From a virus (lineage: Duplodnaviria; Caudoviricetes), in the IMG/VR virus record IMGVR_UViG_3300037846_000003, positions 1 through 55,187 of that record: a stretch of DNA of 55,187 nt; one strand, 5' to 3'. The translations under genes and the position numbers were made by a program. Positions 36,631 to 46,503 of this stretch are shown piece by piece (positions within the stretch are counted from its first letter, which is position 1; every line of letters starts with the position of its first letter). Below the pieces are notes generated by a model. The model was given only the letters and a program-made list of their open reading frames with translations, did not search any database and was not told the origin of the DNA.

Positions 36631-38424
36631 ATGATAGCGGATTTTAGCGGCATGTTGCCGCTCCGCGATCCTATTCTCTTGCCGGATGTTAACGCGCAGT
36701 TTGCTGAGAATACATGGTTGTATGAAGGCGCGGTGCGTGGCTTCCGGCAGGAGAGTTCAGTCTATACGATTTTATATGCGGATACACAATTGGTGTATCG
36801 CATTCCAATAACTGCGGCCAACCCGCCTGATTTTTCGGCAACCGGTTCGATATGGATGGAATTTCCCGATCCTTACATGGCAGCGATCCGCAACCCAACG
36901 GTAGGCGATCAATGGGATCGGTATTACTTCTTTCCTTCTGACCAGTATAATTCAACTGGAGCTAATCCAGAGTGGCCGACGTCAAGTCCCGGCCCTGTCT
37001 ATAATACATTAGCTAATATTCAATCGGGCACTCCAATGATGCCATTGGGTGTGCCTGTACCAGTAACTGCGCCAACGGTTACGCCTTCAATCGGTGGTAG
37101 CGTACAAGAGAGCCGAGCCTACGTCTATACGATGGTAACTGCTTACAGTGAAGAGGGTTGCCCTTCACCACCAACGGTAGCCAATGGCTTTACTGATGCT
37201 GGGGCTTGGATTATTGATATACCACCCCCACCCGCTGGCACTGGTACCAACGTTGATGACTACCGGCTCTATCGCACGGTTACAGATTCTAGCGGCAATG
37301 CGACTTATTATCAGGTGCAGCAAGTTGCGATTAATTGGGCAGGTTACACGCAGGTCGTTGATGGTGCGGCTGATGCGAGCATTACCGCTAACCAACAATT
37401 GCAATCTATTAACTATCTTCCACCGCCTCCCGGCTTACAGGGTGTGGTGCTGATGGCGAATGGTATTGCTGCTGGATATACCAACTCGCGTGAGATATGG
37501 TTCAGTGAACCTTATCTCCCCCATGCGTGGCCCGCAGTCTATGCTCTGACGGTTGATTATCCAGTAGTGGGGCTAACCGCCAATGGTACCTCACTCAATA
37601 TTATGACCGAGGGTTCGCCCTTCATCGCGACCGGTGTTACGCCGGATACGATGACGATAGGTAAGATCGTTGCCAATGAACCATGCATTGGGCGCGGCTC
37701 CATTGTTGCGGGCGGTGAGGGTGCTTACTATGCTTCCCCCAATGGGTATATTTTGCTCAATACGGGTGGCACCAGTAATGTAACTGATCAGATTTTCGAG
37801 AAAGAGTTTTGGTACCAGATACAGCCTTGGAACTTAGTATCGGGTCGTTATTCTTTATCGATGGCATGCTTTATTAAAGGGATGGGTGCGCCGTCGATTG
37901 ACCCCAATGCAGGGGATTACATTAACGGCAGTGTAATTGATTTCACCGATACCAATGTGCCGTTTACATATCTTAAGACCTTTACACCCATCGTTAACGC
38001 ACTGACAGATGAGTTGTCTGGGCAAATATTCTACATTACCGATAATCAAGTCTATCAGTGGAACCCACCTAATGGTGGGGTCTTATGGCCGTGGATATAC
38101 AAGACAAAGAAGTTTCGCTTTACTTTCCCCCAACAGTTTAAAGCGTTCATGGTGTTGTTCGATATCCCGCCTGAAGTTACTTTCCTGCCGGGGATACGCA
38201 ATACCGATCAAACTCAAGAATATGATCCAACAACACAGTATTTGATCTGTCGAGTATTTGGAGATGGTGAGCAATTGGTGGTGCGAGAAGTACAACAATC
38301 AGGCGAAGTCTTGCTTATTCCTCATGGTGCTAAGTGGACACAGTGGGAGTTTCAATTTGAAGGTGTCATACGTATGAAATTCTTCAAGGCGGCAACGTCG
38401 GTGAAGGAGCTTAAGGTTGCCTAA
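36631..38424 (+). CDS. Tail nozzle / stabilisation protein (P22 gp10-like role)
   Basis: 597 aa beta-rich; RAYVYTMVTAYSEEG, WFSEPYLPHAWP, YASPNG. Confidence 0.65.
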   Translation: MIADFSGMLPLRDPILLPDVNAQFAENTWLYEGAVRGFRQESSVYTILYADTQLVYRIPITAANPPDFSATGSIWMEFPDPYMAAIRNPTVGDQWDRYYFFPSDQYNSTGANPEWPTSSPGPVYNTLANIQSGTPMMPLGVPVPVTAPTVTPSIGGSVQESRAYVYTMVTAYSEEGCPSPPTVANGFTDAGAWIIDIPPPPAGTGTNVDDYRLYRTVTDSSGNATYYQVQQVAINWAGYTQVVDGAADASITANQQLQSINYLPPPPGLQGVVLMANGIAAGYTNSREIWFSEPYLPHAWPAVYALTVDYPVVGLTANGTSLNIMTEGSPFIATGVTPDTMTIGKIVANEPCIGRGSIVAGGEGAYYASPNGYILLNTGGTSNVTDQIFEKEFWYQIQPWNLVSGRYSLSMACFIKGMGAPSIDPNAGDYINGSVIDFTDTNVPFTYLKTFTPIVNALTDELSGQIFYITDNQVYQWNPPNGGVLWPWIYKTKKFRFTFPQQFKAFMVLFDIPPEVTFLPGIRNTDQTQEYDPTTQYLICRVFGDGEQLVVREVQQSGEVLLIPHGAKWTQWEFQFEGVIRMKFFKAATSVKELKVA

Positions 38425-38974
38425 TAGAACGATATATCCGTCGATCCCCGATCCCGGTAATACACTGGCGACAATCGTTCCTTGCCTGTTGGCAATCAAG
38501 CAAACGTTACAGATGATTATCATTAATGCACAAAGCCCGAACCCTAACTATACACCTTCTTCTGCTGCTCAGATATTTGTAACCCGTGATGATCTTCAGG
38601 GGGGTGGTGTAGTTGGCGCGCAAGGTCCAGCCGGTCCACAGGGTCCACCCGGTGAGGGTATAGTGGAAGCACCGGTTGATGTGAATACTTATGGGCGACA
38701 TGATCTTGCATGGACCAAAGTTTTCCCGTTGGATTGTTCGCAAAATTTGCAACCTGCATCGGGTAATCAATTTACTATTCAGGTTTTTTCAGGTACTTTT
38801 GCTGGCATAGTAGCTAAAGATCCTACTTATCAAGGATGGGCGATTGCTTTAGGCACTATCGATACACCCCCAACTCAACAATTTGCTATTTTAAATCCAA
38901 GCGGTAGGCCAGTATTGTGGATTGATTCGAGTGGTGTTGTTCACGTTACTGCGCCGATTGTGGTAGGACCATGA
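38417..38974 (+). CDS. Tail-associated protein with short collagen segment
   Basis: GAQGPAGPQGPPG and EAP.D..TYGR module shared with the long fibre. Confidence 0.55.
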   Translation: MPNRTIYPSIPDPGNTLATIVPCLLAIKQTLQMIIINAQSPNPNYTPSSAAQIFVTRDDLQGGGVVGAQGPAGPQGPPGEGIVEAPVDVNTYGRHDLAWTKVFPLDCSQNLQPASGNQFTIQVFSGTFAGIVAKDPTYQGWAIALGTIDTPPTQQFAILNPSGRPVLWIDSSGVVHVTAPIVVGP

Positions 38975-39462
38975 TTAGGATCAACGATGCCCACGCTATT
39001 CGTTTGGTTGCTGATTGTGCTGGGGTTAATCTTGGTGCGAAGGTTTATTGTATTGCTGACTATGATAGCAATGATCGGTTAACTGGAGGAGTGTTAATTC
39101 TTCATGACAATGGATGGAGTTGTGAAATACATTCAGCTTCTTTTAGACCAAATTGGGCCACACGTGAACTCGTGTGGGCAGTGTTCAACTACGTATTCAG
39201 AGTTAGAGGCATTAAGAAGTTATTTGGTCGGGTACCAGAAAGCAACGCGAGAGCGAGGCGGTTTAACCGCAACCTTGGTTTCACCGAAGAAGCGATCATC
39301 GAAGATGTTTTCTTCGGAGGAGAAGGATTAGTTGTTATGAGTATGTATGCGGATGATTGCCGATTTCTTAAAATGAAACTGCCAGCAGTTAAGTTTGCCC
39401 CATTGGATAAAGCACATATTGTCGAGGTCCACGAATATTCTCAGGAACATATAGGAGGATAA
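38971..39462 (+). CDS. GNAT-fold acetyltransferase-like virion assembly protein
   Basis: FNYVF...KLFGRVPESNARARRFNRNLGFTEE; position before ejection genes. Confidence 0.75.
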   Translation: MIRINDAHAIRLVADCAGVNLGAKVYCIADYDSNDRLTGGVLILHDNGWSCEIHSASFRPNWATRELVWAVFNYVFRVRGIKKLFGRVPESNARARRFNRNLGFTEEAIIEDVFFGGEGLVVMSMYADDCRFLKMKLPAVKFAPLDKAHIVEVHEYSQEHIGG

Positions 39463-39463
39463 G

Positions 39464-40834
39464 GTGGGCGGTGATAAAGGCGGATCGGCAAACGCAAGTG
39501 GTATGTATGAGGCTATGGCGAGCGTGCAAGCCGCCAATATGGCCTACAGCCTCGGTGAGCAACAACTGCAATGGGCGCAGAATGTTTGGAACCAAGAGCA
39601 ACCGCTTGTCGATCAGTCAGAGCAAATATCTATCCAACTCGCCAATCAGGAACTCGCTAGCTCAGAACAGATGCAAGCGTTCTCCAAAGAACAGGAGGAC
39701 TTGTGGAACCAATACTATGAACCGCTACAGATAGCTTATGTTCAGCAAGCAGAGAATTGGGCTTCACCCGGTAACATCGACTTGGTTACGGGTCAGGCGC
39801 AAGCCAACGTAGCAGAACAAGCGCAAGCCGGATTGAATACCGCCAATGAACAGTTGATGTCTTACGGTGTTAACCCCGGCTCGCCACGGTTTGCTGGCCT
39901 ACAGGTTGGCGCGAATGTCATGTCTGGTGCCGGTCAAGCAGCGGCAGGGACAACGGCAGCGCAAAACCTCAAGCTCCAGCAATTGGCATTGGAGCAAGGC
40001 GCTATCAATACCGGGCAGGGGGTGGCGAATACCGCTGGACAGTTGACTAATGCGGCAACTGGCGCGAGCCAAGCCGGGACAGGAGCTTCAACCGGCGCAG
40101 CCAGTACGGCCCAATCCAATCTTTCTACAGGATCATCTGCTCTAACCGCGCCAACTAATTGGTTCAATACCGGCGCGAATAACATGGCAGTCTACACAAA
40201 CGCCGTTAATGCTTACAATACGGCTCAGTTAGGTTATGCCCAATTGTCTGCGGAGCAATCGCAAGGCATAGGCAGCATGGTCGGCAATATCGTTGGTAAG
40301 TTTCTTAATAAAGGTGGTCCAGTTGCTTTTAGAGTGGGTGGTCCGGTTTGGAAGTTTCAAGGGGCTGGCGTGGTGCCGGATGGAAGTCAGCCGCAACAAG
40401 CTATTCCCGTTCCTACTGGCGGTACGCCGGGAGGGTTTGTCCCGTCCCATGTCTCCCCCAGCGGTGGAGAAGCTGAAGACGACGTAGACGCTAAACTCAC
40501 TGCGGGTGAATTTGTAATGCCTAAGGATGTGTCCCAGTGGGTGGGGCAGAAAACAATGGTGACACAGATTGATAAAGCACGTCAAGAGATGGCGATGTTT
40601 GGACAACGCAATGATATCGGTGGTGAACCGGTACAGGGTATTCCATCGCAACAGCCCACGTTTGTATCTCGTCCCGGTCAGCAACAATCAGTAGGTCCGC
40701 CTCCACAACCGCAACAACAAAATCAACCACAAGGTCAGCCACAAGCACCACCAACGCAAGTGGCTATGCCCCAGAGAGCAATACCGTCGCCTAGTGGTTA
40801 TAATCAGGCGTCAGGAATACCGATGCCCGCTTAA
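39464..40834 (+). CDS. Internal virion/ejection protein 1
   Basis: Ala/Gln/Gly-rich; SPSGG..DDVDAKLTAGEFVMP motif; RBS AGGAGG. Confidence 0.7.
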   Translation: MGGDKGGSANASGMYEAMASVQAANMAYSLGEQQLQWAQNVWNQEQPLVDQSEQISIQLANQELASSEQMQAFSKEQEDLWNQYYEPLQIAYVQQAENWASPGNIDLVTGQAQANVAEQAQAGLNTANEQLMSYGVNPGSPRFAGLQVGANVMSGAGQAAAGTTAAQNLKLQQLALEQGAINTGQGVANTAGQLTNAATGASQAGTGASTGAASTAQSNLSTGSSALTAPTNWFNTGANNMAVYTNAVNAYNTAQLGYAQLSAEQSQGIGSMVGNIVGKFLNKGGPVAFRVGGPVWKFQGAGVVPDGSQPQQAIPVPTGGTPGGFVPSHVSPSGGEAEDDVDAKLTAGEFVMPKDVSQWVGQKTMVTQIDKARQEMAMFGQRNDIGGEPVQGIPSQQPTFVSRPGQQQSVGPPPQPQQQNQPQGQPQAPPTQVAMPQRAIPSPSGYNQASGIPMPA

Positions 40835-40849
40835 CTGTGAGCAGTTAAC

Positions 40850-43800
40850 ATGGTCGCGTATTTAGGTTCTTTTGGTGCCGGGTTCGTTAATTCGTACCTT
40901 GCCGCTCGCCGTCAGCGAATGATGGAGGAGTGGTACCATGAGATGATTGAATACTATCGCAGTCTTCGTAACCAAACCCCTCCCGGTGCGGGCGCATATG
41001 CTGGTGGGTATGGTGGTGCGGGGCAGATTGGGGAAGGTGGTGGCGGTGGTCATGTTACTGTTAACGATAAAACTATTGGAGAGATGAAGGATTATCTTGT
41101 CAATAAACTAGGGTACTCTCAAAGTGGTGCGGCGGCTATTCTAGGTAATGGCGCACAGGAGAGCGGACTTAATCCGAATACGAAGCCCGGTGATGGTGGA
41201 ACTTCGTTCGGTATGTTTCAATGGCATAACGAGCGTGGTACTGCGTTTAAGCAGTGGGTTGCAGATAATAAGCGAGACATGGGGGATTGGCATACGCATC
41301 TCGACTATCTCGATTATGAGATGGCACATGACCCCAAGATGTCTAAGCTGCGGGATTATTTGAGATCAACTAACGATACCGCTGAAGATGCAGCACAAAA
41401 GTTTTTCAGCGGTTTTGAAAGAGGTGATCCATCAAAAGCGAATATGGGGTATCGCATTTCGGTAGCCAATAGAGTAGTATCTGGTGGTCGGCATGAAGAC
41501 CCGATAGCAACATCAACGCGGGCTACCGATCTTCCATCGACCGTTACTAGAGCTAAGGCTCCTGCTGATACGACTAAGCCACGGGTAGTGCCAGTTAAGG
41601 CGGATGAGAAGGATATTAAACCGGATTGGGAGAAGATAGTCAACCCCAAGACGAGTGGCGAGGATTTACAAGCAGAGCAGTATAAGCACGACCATCCTGA
41701 TTGGATGAAGCATTACAATGCGGGTGATAAACCCGAACCTATTCCAGCTAAGGAGGATGATAAACCTGCTCCCACAAAAACACCTGATGATCGGGCAGAA
41801 GCTCAACCGTTTGAACCTTACCATGTTGCAGGACCGTGGGAGGGTCCACCTCAACGCGCATCGGGACCGGAAGACCCAAGCATTCGCAGACATGCGCAAG
41901 AGGCGTCTACCCGTTATGGTCCAGACGAACCCATTGTTACGCCTGATCGAAGCGATGTGTTCCCAATTGATCAGACGACCCGTCGAGAGGGACGATACCC
42001 GGCACCCGGTGATCAGCCCGATCCGCAGACGATGGGATTTGGCCCTACTGCGACTACGGCTGAACAACAAGAGATGTTGCGACGGCAGCGGACCCGGTGG
42101 AGTGAAGCTGACCAACCCGCTTTCCCTCCAGTTCAGGATCGTGAACTTGGGCCGGAAAATGTAGGCAGGACCACTGGACGGGATTGGAGTGAAGCTGACC
42201 AGCCTGTTCTACCTCCTGTGCCGGGATCAGGACCAATTGATCCTAGCATTATAGCTCGACAGAGGATGCCGCAGCAACCTCCGCAGATGGGGCCGGAAGG
42301 ACCGGGGCGGACAGCGTTACCGCCCTCATACGAGCATGAACCTTGGCCGCGAAATGAAAAGGGCGAAACTGCGCCGGGTAGCTTAACTGCTAGCAGTGAT
42401 AAGAAAACTGGCAAAGAAGCCGACAAGCCAACAGCGAAAGCAAAAGAAGTTGCGGCTCAAAAGAAAGCCCCGCCGCCAACAAAGGGTATTCCTGCGCCGG
42501 AAGAAGGCCCGTATGCGCTAGGCGGACAGCATCAAGCTATCGGTTCAGCGCGTTCACCTTTAAATCGTGATCCGTTCTGGCGTCCCAATCAGCCATTGAA
42601 CACGGTGCAACGTCAACAGCAAGATGCGAAAACACCGCCACCAGCAACGACAACACCTACACCTCCAACTACGCTAACACAGCAACAACATAATCTTGGT
42701 ATTGGCGCATCGCTTAAACAAGCGGCAGATCAAATTAGGAAAGCTATTCACGGCGATACAACTCCTACTACCCCCGCAACTGGAGGAGGGGGAGGAGGAA
42801 CTGGCACGCAGACGGCTTCCGCTGCTGGACCACCGCCTAAGCCACCGCCGGAAGAACCTGAAGAACCGCAGCGAGGGCCATCTGTTCAGGTGCCGGATGT
42901 ACCGCCAGCCCGTACCGATATCCCTGTGCAAGATCCATTTGCTGGTCAGAATACAACTGGGATACCGATGCAGCCTGGTCAGGTAGCGCAAGCGCGACCT
43001 GTTGCTGCACCCTATAAACAACAAGATCAAGGGTTCGATGAAGGAGACGATGTATCCCCAGCCGGTGCATTAGCATCACGCAAAGGTGGACCCATTCAAC
43101 GGTTTGCAAAAGGTGGTATTCCGACTAAGCCGGTGGTGAAGCTTCAGGCTGGTGGCAATCCTGCCTCTTCACAATACCCATCTTATACGCCAGTACCCCC
43201 TAAGCCAACGACTGCGTTGACAGGGAATGTATTGGCAGCGGATCAATATATGACTGGTCTACCCGGCATGACGCCGGTTGATCTAACTCAACAGAGCCCA
43301 TTCTATTATACATCTTATGGGCCGGGACAAGGTGGGATTGGTGGGCAGGAATTAGGCACTGATTTTAACCAGATGACCCCTGACCAAGTGTCACAGTATA
43401 ACGCGATGATTGCTGGTACATGGCAACCTCCTGCCCCTACACCGGCTGCTGCACCGGCTGCTGCACCGGCTCCTGCACCGGCTCCTGCACCTGCACCGGC
43501 TCCTGCACCTGCACCGGCTCCTGCACCCCCACCTGTAGCAACTCCGGTAACAGGTACGCCATTAACTTGGGCACAGGGACAATCAGGACCAATTACGCCG
43601 CCAAGTACGACGCCGGGAGTGGCATCGTTTGGCGGTGGTAGTACTCCTTCGACGGACTATAGTAATCCGCAAGTAGCAGCGACAACTACACCACCCTCGT
43701 CAAATACAACGGGGCAACCCAACTCGCAAAATCAAGGTGTAGCTGGGTCGATAATGACGCGCCCACGTACATCGAATGCACCATTCCAATATGAAGCGGG

Positions 43801-46501
43801 TGGTGTAGTCGGTTATGATGATGGCGGTGATGTATCCCCGGCTGCTCTCGGTATGCCACCGGGTCTAGGTGGGCAAGGTCAACCCATTCCACCGGTTTAC
43901 TATAATACAGCTACATTCTCTCCCTATGGGGCGGGCGTAGGACGAGGTGTGTCCTATGCGTCCGCGCCATCACTTGTTGCTCAAGGCGTACCCACTTTCG
44001 CCAGAGGTGGTGAGGTGATGGGTTACGACGATGGCGGTGATGTAAGTGATGGCACTCAAGTTGCTTCTGCTGATTATACGGGGGATCAAGGTCAGGGTGG
44101 TTATACTCCGACACCAGAAGATGCATCCTATAGGATAGCTGGTATTCCCATGGGTGGCATGGGTGGTATGGGTGGAAGCCGTATGGGTGGCATGGGTATG
44201 CGCGGACCCGGTATGCGTATGCCCCGTCCGTCTGCGCGGTCAGCCGGTGGAATGCAGGGTGGCTTTGCCGATCCAGAAGGTACGCCTCTCTATACGCCGG
44301 ATGGGCAACCTCTGAATAGACCGCCAAATGTTCCATCTGATTTCCCGCAAATCAACGATGGTTATGGTAATCCATCCTATGGCTTAACTGCGGCAGTTAG
44401 CAGTGTGCTTCATTTCTTTGGTAGCGCGCTTGGGTTAGGTCCACAGCAACAAGGTGGGCCATTGCCGAATGATCCAATGATCCAAACCAATAGGCGCGAC
44501 TTCGCTAATAAGGTTCCAGCGGCGGGAGTAGCCGGTCCAGCCGAACAGTTGTTCAACGATGTTGATCCCACTGGGCATCTCAATCGCGAACTGCGAGTGA
44601 TAGGCGGGCTAGAGAGTGTTTACAAGTGGCACTTGGCTAACGGCGATCCAGAGGGAGCAGTCCGTTCTGCCGCTTCAATTGTTATGTATCTTAATTCTGT
44701 TACGGCTGAGTATGGCGGTAAAGCCGTACAGTCTTATCAGAATGGTGATCTCCAAGGAGCTATTGATAACATTCATGCGGCTAGTGAGAACACGCCTAAC
44801 GGTATTACAATTGAAGGTAAAATTAACCCTGATACGGGCAATACTATCCTTGCTAAACAAATGGATTTGAATGGCAAGACTAAGTGGCAGGGAGAAATTA
44901 GCGCGCCGATGTTGCTTGCAATAGCAACCAAGATCAAAGATGGCAGCATGTACTATAACCAACTTGAAGAGATGTCTTCAAGGTATGATCCCCAAACTGC
45001 CGCCATGATAAAAGAGAAGCAGAAGGAGCAGCGAGAGAACGCTTCCGCTGAAGCTGAGAACCAACAGCTTATGCAGATGTTCCCCCAGCATAGGAGGCAA
45101 CAAGGACCACTACCGGATCAACCGGGTCAGCCGAAGATACAGCCTATAGCTGCCCCTGCGGGTGGGGGTGGTGGAGGCGGTGATGCGCAAACAGCAGCAG
45201 CACCGACGCCAGCCCCCGTAACTGCTAGCAGTGAAGGCCCACAGCCAACGGCTAGCCCGATACCTACAGAACAACCCGCACCTACACAACCGGGAGCGAC
45301 AACCGCCGCACCGATAACTGGTGAGCATCCATCCGCGCCTACTGCCGATGCATCCGGTTCAGCGACACCACGCACTATGCCAACGTTGCGGGCGCGGGGC
45401 ACTCAATCGCCTATTGATCAAGTTGGAGCAGCACCACCGGCTGAGTTACCTATTAATCGTGCCGGTATAGAGCAAGAAGTCAGGTCCAAGTATTACGACA
45501 AGGACAATGAACTTCTACCGACAGATGATGAACCACAGCAACCTGATATAAGCAATCCAAACCTTACGCCGCAAGGGCGTAACAGGTTGATCACGACTTA
45601 CATTAACCAGCATAAGGATTGGGAGAATAGACAGAAGGATGCCTTTAAGAGTGATCTCTCTGCTAGGTTGGGAGATGAGACTGAAGGTGCGCGAGCAAAG
45701 GCTGCAAATCTAACTAAGATCTGGGAAGCGACTAAGCTAGGAGCAGCAGAGAAGGCTAGGGAGCTTGCCGCTAATCGAACACAGCAACGCGAGATCGATG
45801 GGAAACTATTGCAGGATAGCTTGAACCGTGGACATGAGGATCGTGTACGGCAAGAGACGGCTACGGTCGCCGCTGAGAAACCTATCGCGTGGACTGACGC
45901 ATACAAAGAGGATATAGCGAGCGGTACTAAACAATCGGTTCGAGAAGCAGCGAAGGACGTTGTATTTGGGACTAAGAACAAGGCAGGTGTTGAAGTCACA
46001 CCGAGTATTGTCGAGGATGATCCCGGTAGGGCTGCAAACAACGGTAAACTTTGGGTGCCAAAAGGAGATCAAGGAACTATTGCTCAAGCGGTGGGCGATA
46101 TCTATCGCTTCTCGCAAGGTAAAATTGATATGCCCGACGCCGCTCGTATGGCGCAGACGATGCTATCGTCGTCTTACTACGCACAACCATTTACCGCGAC
46201 CTATGATTCCACAGACAAACGTGTGCATGTCTCGATAACGGATGGACGCAATGTCCATACGTTTGTTATGTCCGATGGCACGTATCGGGATATGGACAAG
46301 CTAGCGCATGATATCCGTGAGGCGGATATGTCGCGCCAAGTCCAGAAGCTTCATGGTGAAGCAGAAAGTATACGTGGTAGGGAAGCCGGTCAGAGATATT
46401 TCCGTAAGCAAGTTGAGAAAGCAGATCGACCCCCAGCACCGACTACTGGGATACCTATGCCGGGAGATTGGGATGGTGATACAACAGGATTAGAGCCGTA
46501 A
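40850..46501 (+). CDS. Large ejection protein with phage tail lysozyme-like domain
   Basis: GYSQSGAAAILGNGAQESGLNP...SFGMFQW..ER...LDY..YE; long Pro-rich disordered regions. Confidence 0.8.
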   Translation: MVAYLGSFGAGFVNSYLAARRQRMMEEWYHEMIEYYRSLRNQTPPGAGAYAGGYGGAGQIGEGGGGGHVTVNDKTIGEMKDYLVNKLGYSQSGAAAILGNGAQESGLNPNTKPGDGGTSFGMFQWHNERGTAFKQWVADNKRDMGDWHTHLDYLDYEMAHDPKMSKLRDYLRSTNDTAEDAAQKFFSGFERGDPSKANMGYRISVANRVVSGGRHEDPIATSTRATDLPSTVTRAKAPADTTKPRVVPVKADEKDIKPDWEKIVNPKTSGEDLQAEQYKHDHPDWMKHYNAGDKPEPIPAKEDDKPAPTKTPDDRAEAQPFEPYHVAGPWEGPPQRASGPEDPSIRRHAQEASTRYGPDEPIVTPDRSDVFPIDQTTRREGRYPAPGDQPDPQTMGFGPTATTAEQQEMLRRQRTRWSEADQPAFPPVQDRELGPENVGRTTGRDWSEADQPVLPPVPGSGPIDPSIIARQRMPQQPPQMGPEGPGRTALPPSYEHEPWPRNEKGETAPGSLTASSDKKTGKEADKPTAKAKEVAAQKKAPPPTKGIPAPEEGPYALGGQHQAIGSARSPLNRDPFWRPNQPLNTVQRQQQDAKTPPPATTTPTPPTTLTQQQHNLGIGASLKQAADQIRKAIHGDTTPTTPATGGGGGGTGTQTASAAGPPPKPPPEEPEEPQRGPSVQVPDVPPARTDIPVQDPFAGQNTTGIPMQPGQVAQARPVAAPYKQQDQGFDEGDDVSPAGALASRKGGPIQRFAKGGIPTKPVVKLQAGGNPASSQYPSYTPVPPKPTTALTGNVLAADQYMTGLPGMTPVDLTQQSPFYYTSYGPGQGGIGGQELGTDFNQMTPDQVSQYNAMIAGTWQPPAPTPAAAPAAAPAPAPAPAPAPAPAPAPAPAPPPVATPVTGTPLTWAQGQSGPITPPSTTPGVASFGGGSTPSTDYSNPQVAATTTPPSSNTTGQPNSQNQGVAGSIMTRPRTSNAPFQYEAGGVVGYDDGGDVSPAALGMPPGLGGQGQPIPPVYYNTATFSPYGAGVGRGVSYASAPSLVAQGVPTFARGGEVMGYDDGGDVSDGTQVASADYTGDQGQGGYTPTPEDASYRIAGIPMGGMGGMGGSRMGGMGMRGPGMRMPRPSARSAGGMQGGFADPEGTPLYTPDGQPLNRPPNVPSDFPQINDGYGNPSYGLTAAVSSVLHFFGSALGLGPQQQGGPLPNDPMIQTNRRDFANKVPAAGVAGPAEQLFNDVDPTGHLNRELRVIGGLESVYKWHLANGDPEGAVRSAASIVMYLNSVTAEYGGKAVQSYQNGDLQGAIDNIHAASENTPNGITIEGKINPDTGNTILAKQMDLNGKTKWQGEISAPMLLAIATKIKDGSMYYNQLEEMSSRYDPQTAAMIKEKQKEQRENASAEAENQQLMQMFPQHRRQQGPLPDQPGQPKIQPIAAPAGGGGGGGDAQTAAAPTPAPVTASSEGPQPTASPIPTEQPAPTQPGATTAAPITGEHPSAPTADASGSATPRTMPTLRARGTQSPIDQVGAAPPAELPINRAGIEQEVRSKYYDKDNELLPTDDEPQQPDISNPNLTPQGRNRLITTYINQHKDWENRQKDAFKSDLSARLGDETEGARAKAANLTKIWEATKLGAAEKARELAANRTQQREIDGKLLQDSLNRGHEDRVRQETATVAAEKPIAWTDAYKEDIASGTKQSVREAAKDVVFGTKNKAGVEVTPSIVEDDPGRAANNGKLWVPKGDQGTIAQAVGDIYRFSQGKIDMPDAARMAQTMLSSSYYAQPFTATYDSTDKRVHVSITDGRNVHTFVMSDGTYRDMDKLAHDIREADMSRQVQKLHGEAESIRGREAGQRYFRKQVEKADRPPAPTTGIPMPGDWDGDTTGLEP
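43441..43530 (+). repeat. Pro-Ala linker tandem repeat
   Basis: Repeated GCACCGGCT(C/G)CT units encoding PAAAPAAAPAPAPAP. Confidence 0.8.
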
Positions 46502-46503
46502 CA

